NCBI GenBank assembly: GCA_027460535.1
Contig: JAPZAR010000011.1
Span: forward strand, 120,001-152,000
DNA length: 32,000 nucleotides
Origin: Candidatus Methanoperedens sp.
GTDB taxonomy: Archaea > Halobacteriota > Methanosarcinia > Methanosarcinales > Methanoperedenaceae
Reading direction: 5' to 3'
The position numbers and the translations under genes were made by a program. This document shows positions 1-7,369 of this stretch, piece by piece (the stretch's first letter is position 1; the number at the start of each line of letters is the position of its first letter). Below the pieces are notes generated by a model. It worked only from the letters and a program-made list of their open reading frames with translations, did not search any database and had not been told where the DNA came from.

Positions 1-2
1 TG

Positions 3-210
3 CGCTATGGTATCCTTGACAGCGCTCCTGATATTGATGTGCTCCTTCTTGCCAAAGAGCTTGATGCTGCTGTTGTGGCAAGCGATGTAGGGATCCAGAA
101 ATGGGCAGAGCAGCTCGGCCTTCGTTTCGTGAACGCAAAATCCTTTCCCGCGATGATAAAGGAATACCTGAAACGCACTAAACCCGAAAAAGTGGCAAGC
201 ATGATCTAAT
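3..210 (+). CDS. C-terminal fragment (5' end outside window) of a PIN-like RNA-free RNase P homologue (HARP; older name RNA ligase partner / MJ_0950 family)
   Basis: Frame 3 is open from the window edge to TAA at 208-210. It translates to [68 protein letters not shown]. This matches the conserved C-terminal block I remember from Aquifex Aq_880-type proteins (GILDSKEDVDVLLLAYELD..VSADEGLRxWAxKIGIxLIDPKNF). It is absent from the ORF track because no start codon lies in the window. Confidence 0.6.
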
Positions 211-519
211 ATGTCCATCTTCGTATACATCACAGCCTTCGTGTTTTGTGTGATCATCTTCCTAACCCTCAGGGATATCCGCATCTTCCACCGCACCAGG
301 ATCGAATCGTACAGGAAAGGTGCCCTGCGCGGCATGACCGCGGGCGCTCTCGCGCTCATTGGCATGGGTGTGACGGCCGCCAATCCCGAAAATCCTTCCA
401 TCGGCATGACAATAACACTCGTTGCGATATATATCAACTGGAAAGGAAAGCGAGAGGAAGTGTTCGGGGACGCGCCGATGGTTAAGAGATTTTTGGGCGA
501 GACAAAGGTGAGGAAGTAG
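211..519 (+). CDS. Small hypothetical membrane protein (2-3 predicted TM helices)
   Basis: A 102-aa ORF starts directly after the upstream stop. It has hydrophobic segments (IFVYITAFVFCVIIFLTL, GALALIGMGVTAA, MTITLVAIYI). I recognise no family. Confidence 0.45.
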   Translation: MSIFVYITAFVFCVIIFLTLRDIRIFHRTRIESYRKGALRGMTAGALALIGMGVTAANPENPSIGMTITLVAIYINWKGKREEVFGDAPMVKRFLGETKVRK

Positions 520-566
520 CGATAGATTTCGAATATGATTTAAACTCAATATCCAATTCTGCCATT

Positions 567-1046
567 ATGAGAGGTAATTGGCTACTACTATTCGTTTCAG
601 CTGCAACGTTAGTTCTGCCTGGGGCAGCCACCCACTGGTACACCTACGAGGAGGGCATCCTCGCCGCCGGAACAGGCAACAAACCTATCATCATGGATTT
701 CTATGCCGATTGGTGCGGGCCCTGCATAGCCATGGAGGAGGGGACGTATCCTGATCCGCGCGTTGTGAGGGAGATGGCTGATTTCATAGCGATCAAGGTG
801 GATACCCAGAAAAGGATCGATATCGAAACAAAGTATGGCATTGCCTATTATCCCACGGTGGTCTTCCTGGATCCAAAGGGTAAAGAGGTGGGAAGGCATA
901 TCGGCTATCTTGGGCCTGAGGAAATGATAGAAGAGATAAGAAAATCCCGAGGCAAATTGCCGAAGGAAACCTCCGGGTTTGAAATACCGGATTTAATATT
1001 GGCGATAATTCCATTACTTGTTATAAAAAAGATAGCTATCAGGTGA
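567..1046 (+). CDS. Exported or membrane-anchored thioredoxin-fold protein (DsbD-gamma / Thioredoxin_7-like)
   Basis: It has an N-terminal signal-like segment (MRGNWLLLFVSAATLVLPGAA). The WCGPC active-site motif sits in PIIMDFYADWCGPCIAME. The core is thioredoxin-like (AYYPTVVFLDPKGKEV). The tail is hydrophobic (LILAIIPLLVIKKIAIR). Confidence 0.8.
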   Translation: MRGNWLLLFVSAATLVLPGAATHWYTYEEGILAAGTGNKPIIMDFYADWCGPCIAMEEGTYPDPRVVREMADFIAIKVDTQKRIDIETKYGIAYYPTVVFLDPKGKEVGRHIGYLGPEEMIEEIRKSRGKLPKETSGFEIPDLILAIIPLLVIKKIAIR

Positions 1047-2208
1047 ATTTCTTCATATTTTTCACCATTGAAACCACAAGCGAAGGCACATCGATCAGTT
1101 TCTCAGCCTCGATCACCTCTTGCGGTTTGGCTGCAGTGGATGGGTACTCCGGCACCGCCATGCAGCATGTCGCGGGCTTTGTTGAGGGCTCAAAAGTCCC
1201 AATTTTGCGCGCTATATCCGTTATCTCAAGTTTATCAAGCCCAATGAGTGGATGATATATCGGGTATTCCATGCCATACATCTCAGCAAGCATGTTCAGC
1301 GAGGTCTGGGATGCCACCTGGCCAAGCGATGAGCCCGTGATTATCCCGTGCGCCTCTTCGAGCTTCAGGACCTCGGATGCGATCCTGTACATCATCCGCC
1401 TGCACAATACGCAGTTGAGCCTGTTGTCACAGTTATTCAGGAAAGCAAGGAGATTCTCTCCATGCGGGGCTTCATATATTGTGAGTTTCTTCTGGGGGGA
1501 CCATTTCTGGAGAACATCAATGCATTGCATCGCCCTTTCGCGCGTGGTTTCGTCTGAAAAAGGCTGGTTATTGAGGTACAGCGGTACTATCTCGCAACCT
1601 CTTTTCATCATCATCCAGGCAGCCACAGGCGAGTCTATGCCTCCCGAGATGAGGGCAACCATCTTTCCCTGGGTGCCCATGGGTAGTCCCCCGACGCCTT
1701 TCACCGATCCCGTAAAAACATAGGCTATTTTCTGCCTCACTTCTACGAAGATCTCTGCATCTGGATTATCAAGATCGACCCTGGTATTCCTGTCCACCTT
1801 CTGGAATACCGCATCCCCGCAGGCAATGGCTATATCCCTCGAGGTAAAATCGTGGTTCCCCGCCCGCCGCGACCTTATAGCGAAGGACTGGCCTTCCTGT
1901 ATCATACCGGCTGCAACCTCTGCCGCGAGTTTCGCCGCGGATTCCAGGGTTGGTTCGCATGTATGAGCAGGGCTTGCAGAGACAACGCCAAATACCTTTG
2001 CCGCGCTTTTTACGGCGCCTGGATCGGCGGAATGTATGAAGATCCTGCCCATTTCCTTGCTGATTTCGGAATAATCACAACCATCGGCATTGAGCATTGC
2101 TTTCAAGTTCTTCACCAGTATCTGCTCGTATCTTGTCCTGACCTTATTGCTTTTCAGGGCGAGTTCATCATACCTTACCAAAACCACATCAGTAAATTTC
2201 AGTATCAT
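1039..2208 (-). CDS. thiI: tRNA 4-thiouridine / thiamine sulfurtransferase ThiI (archaeal, rhodanese-less, Cys-cluster type)
   Basis: The 389-aa product has a THUMP-type N-terminus and a PP-loop (LISGGIDSPVAAWMMMKRG). Conserved Cys motifs CVLC and TCCMAVP fit the Fe-S-dependent ThiI of methanogens. It overlaps the convergent thioredoxin gene by 8 nt. Confidence 0.9.
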   Translation of the reverse strand: MILKFTDVVLVRYDELALKSNKVRTRYEQILVKNLKAMLNADGCDYSEISKEMGRIFIHSADPGAVKSAAKVFGVVSASPAHTCEPTLESAAKLAAEVAAGMIQEGQSFAIRSRRAGNHDFTSRDIAIACGDAVFQKVDRNTRVDLDNPDAEIFVEVRQKIAYVFTGSVKGVGGLPMGTQGKMVALISGGIDSPVAAWMMMKRGCEIVPLYLNNQPFSDETTRERAMQCIDVLQKWSPQKKLTIYEAPHGENLLAFLNNCDNRLNCVLCRRMMYRIASEVLKLEEAHGIITGSSLGQVASQTSLNMLAEMYGMEYPIYHPLIGLDKLEITDIARKIGTFEPSTKPATCCMAVPEYPSTAAKPQEVIEAEKLIDVPSLVVSMVKNMKKFT

Positions 2209-2422
2209 TTCACCTTTTTATTGAAAATAAACTTTGTATCTCAACCAGTTACTTACTTTTAATTCTTTCGAACAAGATGAACAAGATGAATGGGCTGTCA
2301 TAGATCGCAGTCCGCCCTAACAACGCAGCCTTCCAAGTTGCTGCACGAGCTATAATCTGCCTGCAGGAGAGGCGTACTTAGCACGTGTGGCCGGGCATGT
2401 ATTTCGTTGAGCTTGAAGCCGG

Positions 2423-2448
2423 ACTCCTGCGCTCGCAGGCGAGAGATT
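2423..2448. repeat. Direct repeat copy 1 (ACTCCTGCGCTCGCAG + GCGAGAGATT) on the left flank of the AT-rich J-domain cassette
   Basis: The 16-nt core at 2423-2438 is identical to 3353-3368. The core contains inverted half-sites CTGCG-CT-CGCAG. The extension GCGAGAGATT matches copy 2 with 1 mismatch after a 6-nt indel. Confidence 0.7.
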
Positions 2449-2693
2449 GATGGAGGCGTTTGTAGGGAGGATGCTGGCGGAGTAACGTATCTTTTCCCAA
2501 AATATTTCTATTTAGATACTAACACACTATGAAATTCCAATAGGGAGCCTGCATGGATAAGTTTATGCCACGATGGTAATTATAAGAAGAGCTGACTCAC
2601 TTAGTGTTGAGCAATAAAATTTAGAGTTACTAAATTTCTTACGATATAGTATGGTTGACACAACACCAGTAAGGTCTTCAAAAACGAAAATGA

Positions 2694-3236
2694 GTGAATC
2701 AAATGATAATAATAAAAGGACACGAAATAGAGACAGTAATTATTAAAAATGCTCATAATCGAAGGGCTTTGCAATTTAAAAATAATATTATTATGCTTTT
2801 AAGAAGTATAGGCGTCAACGAAAATGATATTGATATCCCTGTTGAAAATGTAGCGATAAAAAAAGCCAAAGCTTCTGCGACCTGGTACTACTCAGGCCAT
2901 CGAATGTATTACAGTCATAACATGCAAAGTAAATTCGTTGATAATCTCCATGTTCTATTCAAGGTAATTGAGATTGAGTCCAACCTGGTTCTTTCTGAAA
3001 AAAAAACTTTTGACGACTTTATTTCGGAGTTCAGGGAGGATTCAGATGTTGATGATAAACGCAAAGAGGCACGAAAATTTTTCGACGTTGACCCTGATTT
3101 GAACGATTTGGAGATTATTACTAAAAAATACAAAGCTATGGCAAAAGAATTACATCCGGATATGCCTTCCGGGGACACTGAGAAATTTAAGCAGCTAAAT
3201 AATGCACATAAAATCTTAAGAAGAGAATTAACCTAG
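2694..3236 (+). CDS. Orphan J-domain (DnaJ-like) protein with an unassigned N-terminal domain
   Basis: The 180-aa ORF uses a GTG start at 2694, with an alternative ATG at 2703. The C-terminal ~60 aa is a canonical J domain: LEIITKKYKAMAKELHPDMPSGDTEKFKQLNNAHKILRREL (HPD tripeptide between helices II and III). The first ~120 aa are N/K/I-rich with no family I recognise. The DNA is visibly AT-rich. Confidence 0.75.
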   Translation: MNQMIIIKGHEIETVIIKNAHNRRALQFKNNIIMLLRSIGVNENDIDIPVENVAIKKAKASATWYYSGHRMYYSHNMQSKFVDNLHVLFKVIEIESNLVLSEKKTFDDFISEFREDSDVDDKRKEARKFFDVDPDLNDLEIITKKYKAMAKELHPDMPSGDTEKFKQLNNAHKILRRELT

Positions 3237-3352
3237 ATTTAAAACGGTGCCGTTGCTCGTAATTTCTTATGAAAATGAGTGCTTGTTTTGCTTAAAGATT
3301 GAAAGTTTCAAAGAAAATTCTTTTCGGGTCGCACAGCACGGGAAAAGCGAAT

Positions 3353-3384
3353 ACTCCTGCGCTCGCAGTTAGAGGCGAGGGATT
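3353..3384. repeat. Direct repeat copy 2 (ACTCCTGCGCTCGCAG + TTAGAG + GCGAGGGATT) on the right flank of the AT-rich J-domain cassette
   Basis: See copy 1. The two cores start 930 bp apart. Confidence 0.7.
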
Positions 3385-3481
3385 TTTTGAAGTTTTTCTT
3401 ACAAAGGGCACAAATATTTCCGATCAATACTTTCGTCCCGCTTGAGAAAGCTTATTTGCTTATCAATACTATGATGAGTGT

Positions 3482-3819
3482 ATGAGGACTGTCTATCTCG
3501 CTGCACCGCTTTTTTCAGAGGCCGAGCTTGATTTCAATCGAAAACTCAGAGATAAGATAAAGAAAGCAGGCTTTAATGTTTTCCTGCCCCAGGAGGATTC
3601 GATTCAGATATAATCGTGGCCGTGATCGACGGGACAGATGTCGATTCCGGGACTGCATGGGAGATAGGATATGCATATGCGCTGGGTAAACCAATCGTTG
3701 GTTTGAGGACGGACTTCCGCACGCTTGGCATTGAAGGCACGGTAAACCTGATGATAGAGCGCTCGGTCAGGCTCTGTGCGAGCGTCCCGGAGCTGTTAAA
3801 TCATTTAAATGAATTGTGA
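3482..3819 (+). pseudogene. Nucleoside 2-deoxyribosyltransferase-family gene disrupted by an internal frameshifting deletion
   Basis: The N-terminal part from ATG 3482 reads MRTVYLAAPLFSEAELDFNRKLRDKIKKAGFNVFLPQEDSIQI and stops at TAA 3611-3613. The C-terminal part is in a different frame, with homology resuming around 3601: DSDIIVAVIDGTDVDSGTAWEIGYAYALGKPIVGLRTDFR...NLMIE. The ~30-40 aa that normally separate LPQxD from the (D)VVVAxxDG block are missing. The junction lies in GGATTCGATTCAGAT, which holds a tandem GATTC. Confidence 0.65.
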
Positions 3820-3855
3820 TAATGCATGAACGAGACGCTTACGAGATTCAAGTAA

Positions 3856-4263
3856 ATGGACGAGTATCATTTAATCAAGCAGTTCATAAAACCAAAAGAA
3901 GGGGAATATGTTCCCATTACCTTCGTGGAGTTCAAACGAAAGCTGGTGGGCTGGTCTACGGAACTTAAAAGAAGCGTGTACGTAGAGAAAGAGGAGGAGA
4001 AATCAAAGCTCAAGAGGGTAAGGGAGATGAATGTAATGATCGCAATAAACCATCTTTCCGGGAAACTTTCATCCATCGAGCTCACGGATGAGGAGAAAGC
4101 GCAATTCGAAGAGTTGTATGATTTATTCCTTGAGAAAGGCGGGCAGATAATCTACACGCGGAAAAAAGTTGGCGCAAGGATGGTTTCTTTTTTTGAACTC
4201 AAGGAAAGCGAGAAAAAGATTGTAGAGCCGCCCGGGAAAAGCCTGCTGTCCGATATGCTGTGA
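3856..4263 (+). CDS. Hypothetical cytoplasmic protein (charged, coiled-coil-like centre)
   Basis: This is a 135-aa ORF with no long competing ORF. Its composition is similar to neighbouring core genes. I recognise no motif. Confidence 0.5.
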   Translation: MDEYHLIKQFIKPKEGEYVPITFVEFKRKLVGWSTELKRSVYVEKEEEKSKLKRVREMNVMIAINHLSGKLSSIELTDEEKAQFEELYDLFLEKGGQIIYTRKKVGARMVSFFELKESEKKIVEPPGKSLLSDML

Positions 4264-4317
4264 TCTGGATTCACATCAAGAATAACTTTTAATATCCGTA
4301 TCCCCATTTTACCCCAG

Positions 4318-5202
4318 ATGCTCAAGCGTGAAAACATACTCATCGAAGCCCTCCCGTACATACGCGAGTTCTACGACTCGATCATGGTAATAAAAATGGG
4401 AGGTCATGCGATCGTAAACCCTGTTGTAATGGAACAGATAGTGCAGGATATCGTGCTTTTGAAATTCATTGGTATCCATCCTGTAATAGTTCATGGCGGT
4501 GGCCCTGAAATCACGGAAAAGATGGAACGTATGGGGAAAAAGCCCGAATTCGTTGCCGGCCTCCGCGTGACGGATGATGAGACCCTCGAGATCGCACGAA
4601 TGGTCCTGGTGGGGAATGTTAACAGCAAGATAGTATCGCTGATAGGAAAACATGGCGGGAAAGGCGTTGGCCTCTCGGGAAGCGACGGCAGGCTCATCGT
4701 TGCAAAGAAGGTTGCACTGCAGCGCGTGACGGTGAAAGGTGTGGAGAAGGAGATCGACCTTGGCTGGGTAGGAGAAACCGAGGTCATAAATCCCGAACTC
4801 GTGATGATCCTTTCCGGTAAAGGGTATATACCTGTCATATCTCCCATAGCGACCGATGAAAAGGGCAATGACCTGAACGTGAATGCAGATACTGTTGCAG
4901 GCGATATAGCAGCAGCCCTTCGTGCCAAAAAGCTGATATCCCTCACCGACGTTCCGGGCATACTCAGGGACCCGAAAGACCCCCAGACGCGCATTTCCAG
5001 GATAGCATACGAAGAAATAGAAACACTTATTGCAGACGAGATTATAAGCGGCGGGATGATACCAAAGGTCAAATCAAGCGCGGCTGCAATAGCAGGTGGC
5101 GTCGGGCAGGTCCATATCATCGATGGAAGCATGCCACATTCCCTGCTGCTTGAACTGTTCACGCACGAAGGTATAGGAACAATGATCTACAGGAAAGAGT
5201 GA
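4318..5202 (+). CDS. argB: Acetylglutamate kinase
   Basis: The 294-aa product shows the ArgB pattern throughout: ALPYIREFYDSIMVIKMGGHA, HPVIVHGGGPEI, NVNADTVAGDIAAAL, GGMIPKVKSSAAAI. Confidence 0.92.
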   Translation: MLKRENILIEALPYIREFYDSIMVIKMGGHAIVNPVVMEQIVQDIVLLKFIGIHPVIVHGGGPEITEKMERMGKKPEFVAGLRVTDDETLEIARMVLVGNVNSKIVSLIGKHGGKGVGLSGSDGRLIVAKKVALQRVTVKGVEKEIDLGWVGETEVINPELVMILSGKGYIPVISPIATDEKGNDLNVNADTVAGDIAAALRAKKLISLTDVPGILRDPKDPQTRISRIAYEEIETLIADEIISGGMIPKVKSSAAAIAGGVGQVHIIDGSMPHSLLLELFTHEGIGTMIYRKE

Positions 5203-5208
5203 ATTACA

Positions 5209-5553
5209 GTGACAAAAGAAAAGGAAGAGAAGAAAACAGAACCGGTAGCCAAGATCATAACCCCGGAAGAAAGGAAAAGGTTGCTCATCGAGGGGATAAA
5301 GAAAACCGTCCTGCCGGCATTCATAGGTGCGGCTTTTGCGCTCCTGTTCTTTTTCAAATTCAAAGAGGCAACCAGTGTGTCATGGGTTTCCATCCTTCTG
5401 CTTGTCGTGCTCCTCTCGTATTACATCCAGAGACTGCTGTATCCTTTACTCGGCGTAAGGGTAAAGGAATTTGAAATAAAAGACTGGTTGTACGTAGAGT
5501 TTCTGACGGTAATATTCATGCTTGTAATCTGGACTCTTTTATTGAATGAATGA
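5209..5553 (+). CDS. Small conserved-looking membrane protein (Lys/Glu-rich N-terminus plus 3 TM helices), function unknown
   Basis: The 114-aa ORF has a GTG start 7 nt after the argB stop. TM segments are VLPAFIGAAFALLFFF, WVSILLLVVLLSYYI and FLTVIFMLVIWTLLL. Confidence 0.55.
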   Translation: MTKEKEEKKTEPVAKIITPEERKRLLIEGIKKTVLPAFIGAAFALLFFFKFKEATSVSWVSILLLVVLLSYYIQRLLYPLLGVRVKEFEIKDWLYVEFLTVIFMLVIWTLLLNE

Positions 5554-5565
5554 GATCGGTGCTTT

Positions 5566-7326
5566 ATGCGACTTGCGGTTTTAGACAAGGATAGATGCCA
5601 GCCAAAGATGTGCGGTATCCAGTGCATCAAGTTCTGCCCCAGGGTACGAACGGGGGATGAGACAATAACGATGGGCGAGGATGATAAGCCAGTCATCTCC
5701 GAAGAGCTGTGTGTAGGTTGCGGGATTTGCGTCAAACGCTGCCCCTTTGATGCTATTATAATAATCGGATTGCCTGAGAAGCTAGAAGAGCCGACGCACA
5801 GATTTGGCAAGAACGGTTTTGCCCTTTACGGTCTTCCTGTTCCCACGGTCGGAAAAGTGACCGGTATCCTTGGACCGAATGGCATAGGGAAAAGCACCGC
5901 GATAAACATACTCTCGGGAACGCTAAAACCCAATCTCGGAAGAGGCAGGATCGGTTGGGAGGACATCCTGGAATATTACGCAGGCTCTGTTCTTCATGAT
6001 TACCTTGAAGGTGTATCGAAGAAGAAAATAAAGACATCCCAGAAACCGCAATATGTTGATATGATCCCCAAGAAATTCAAAGGCAGCGTTTCTGAACTTT
6101 TATCCAGGACAGATGACCGCGGAATTCTGGAAGAATTAGTATCGCGGCTCGATATCGAAAATATAATGGAGCGCAAAATCGAAGAGTTAAGCGGCGGTGA
6201 ACTCCAGAGGGTAGCCCTTGCAGCATGTGTTGCAAAGGAGGCAGATTTCTATTTCATAGACGAGATAAGCCCATATCTTGATATCTACCAGCGAATAAAA
6301 GCCGCACATATCATTAGAGAGCTCGCGCAGAAAAAAGCCGTGATGGTAGTTGAGCACGACCTTGCGATACTGGACCTGCTTGCTGACGTAGTCCATGTTG
6401 CCTACGGCACACCCGGAGCTTTCGGTGTGATCACCCATCCAAAAGGGGTCAGGATAGGGATAAACGAATACCTCAAAGGCTTCCTGCGAGAGGAAAATGT
6501 GAGGATACGCACGGAAGCAATAGAATTCGAGGTTCATGCGCCTCAGCCCACTAAGGAAATCGCCTCTCTCTTAAGATTTGAATCTTTTTCGAAAAAATAC
6601 GAGGAAGGGTTCGAGCTTATTGCCAGGGGTGGAGAGATAAGGAAAGGCGAAGTGACCGGCATCGTAGGCCCTAACGGGATCGGCAAATCAACTTTTGTCA
6701 AGATACTGGCAGGTGAGATCCAGCCCACGAAGGGAATGTTGGAGATGAACCTCAAAGTATCCTATAAGCCCCAGTATATCAAAGCTGATGAAGCTGTCAA
6801 GGTTTCGGACTATCTCAGTTCCATAAACAAACAATTCGGTACCAGTTATTATGAGACTGAAATAATAAAACCGCTCCAGCTCGAGAGGTTGCTTAACCAG
6901 CAAGTTAATGACCTGAGCGGGGGCGAACTCCAGAGGGTGGCAATAGCGGCCTGCCTCAGTCGTACCGCAGACCTGTATCTTCTGGATGAACCGTCAGCCC
7001 ATCTTGATGTAGAACAAAGGGTACTGGCCACAAAGGTCATAAGGAGGTTTGCCGAGAATAACAAGGTGAGCGCGATGGTTGTGGACCATGATATCTACAT
7101 GATAGATATGTTGAGCGACAGGCTCCTTGTATTTGAGGGAGAACCAATGGTAATAGGTGAGGTTCATGGCCCGTTCAATATGAGGGAAGGTATGAACCTG
7201 TTCCTTAAGAATATAGGTATCACATTCAGGCGGGACGAGGAGACAAAAAGGCCTAGGGTCAATAAACCTGATTCTCAGCTTGACAGGACCCAGAAGGCAA
7301 GGGGAGAATATTATTATAGTTATTAG
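5566..7326 (+). CDS. abce1: ABCE1 / RNase L inhibitor-type ribosome-recycling ATPase
   Basis: The 586-aa product has an N-terminal double 4Fe-4S ferredoxin domain (RCQPKMCGIQCIKFCP, CVGCGICVKRCP). Two ABC cassettes follow, with Walker A motifs GPNGIGKST (x2) and signatures LSGGELQRVA (x2). Confidence 0.93.
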   Translation: MRLAVLDKDRCQPKMCGIQCIKFCPRVRTGDETITMGEDDKPVISEELCVGCGICVKRCPFDAIIIIGLPEKLEEPTHRFGKNGFALYGLPVPTVGKVTGILGPNGIGKSTAINILSGTLKPNLGRGRIGWEDILEYYAGSVLHDYLEGVSKKKIKTSQKPQYVDMIPKKFKGSVSELLSRTDDRGILEELVSRLDIENIMERKIEELSGGELQRVALAACVAKEADFYFIDEISPYLDIYQRIKAAHIIRELAQKKAVMVVEHDLAILDLLADVVHVAYGTPGAFGVITHPKGVRIGINEYLKGFLREENVRIRTEAIEFEVHAPQPTKEIASLLRFESFSKKYEEGFELIARGGEIRKGEVTGIVGPNGIGKSTFVKILAGEIQPTKGMLEMNLKVSYKPQYIKADEAVKVSDYLSSINKQFGTSYYETEIIKPLQLERLLNQQVNDLSGGELQRVAIAACLSRTADLYLLDEPSAHLDVEQRVLATKVIRRFAENNKVSAMVVDHDIYMIDMLSDRLLVFEGEPMVIGEVHGPFNMREGMNLFLKNIGITFRRDEETKRPRVNKPDSQLDRTQKARGEYYYSY

Positions 7327-7369
7327 TCTTAGAAAAATATATTAGTTTGTATGTCATTATTATAATGAG

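Noticed and set aside
996-1046. Thioredoxin-fold protein C-terminus (TSGFEIPDLILAIIPLLVIKKIAIR) as a second archaeosortase sorting signal
   Set aside because: It has SGF rather than PGF and charged residues (E, D) directly after the motif. The hydrophobic stretch is only about 10-11 residues. A plain C-terminal membrane anchor explains it better.
1271-1723. 150-aa plus-strand ORF
   Set aside because: It is antisense to thiI and is a shadow ORF.
2271-2290. 9-nt tandem repeat AACAAGATG x2.2 upstream of thiI
   Set aside because: It is very short and has only two copies. It may be a small duplication in the promoter region, and nothing supports a function.
2290-2480. GC-richer non-coding stretch between thiI and the AT-rich cassette considered as a tRNA/ncRNA or gene remnant
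   Set aside because: I could find no cloverleaf, no C/D-box or H/ACA-like motif pairs, and no ORF longer than about 20 codons in any frame. Only the repeat core and a CCTGCAGG palindrome stand out.
4491-5162. 223-aa minus-strand ORF
   Set aside because: It is antisense to argB, which has unambiguous family motifs. The translation is Ser/Pro/Ile-rich and featureless.
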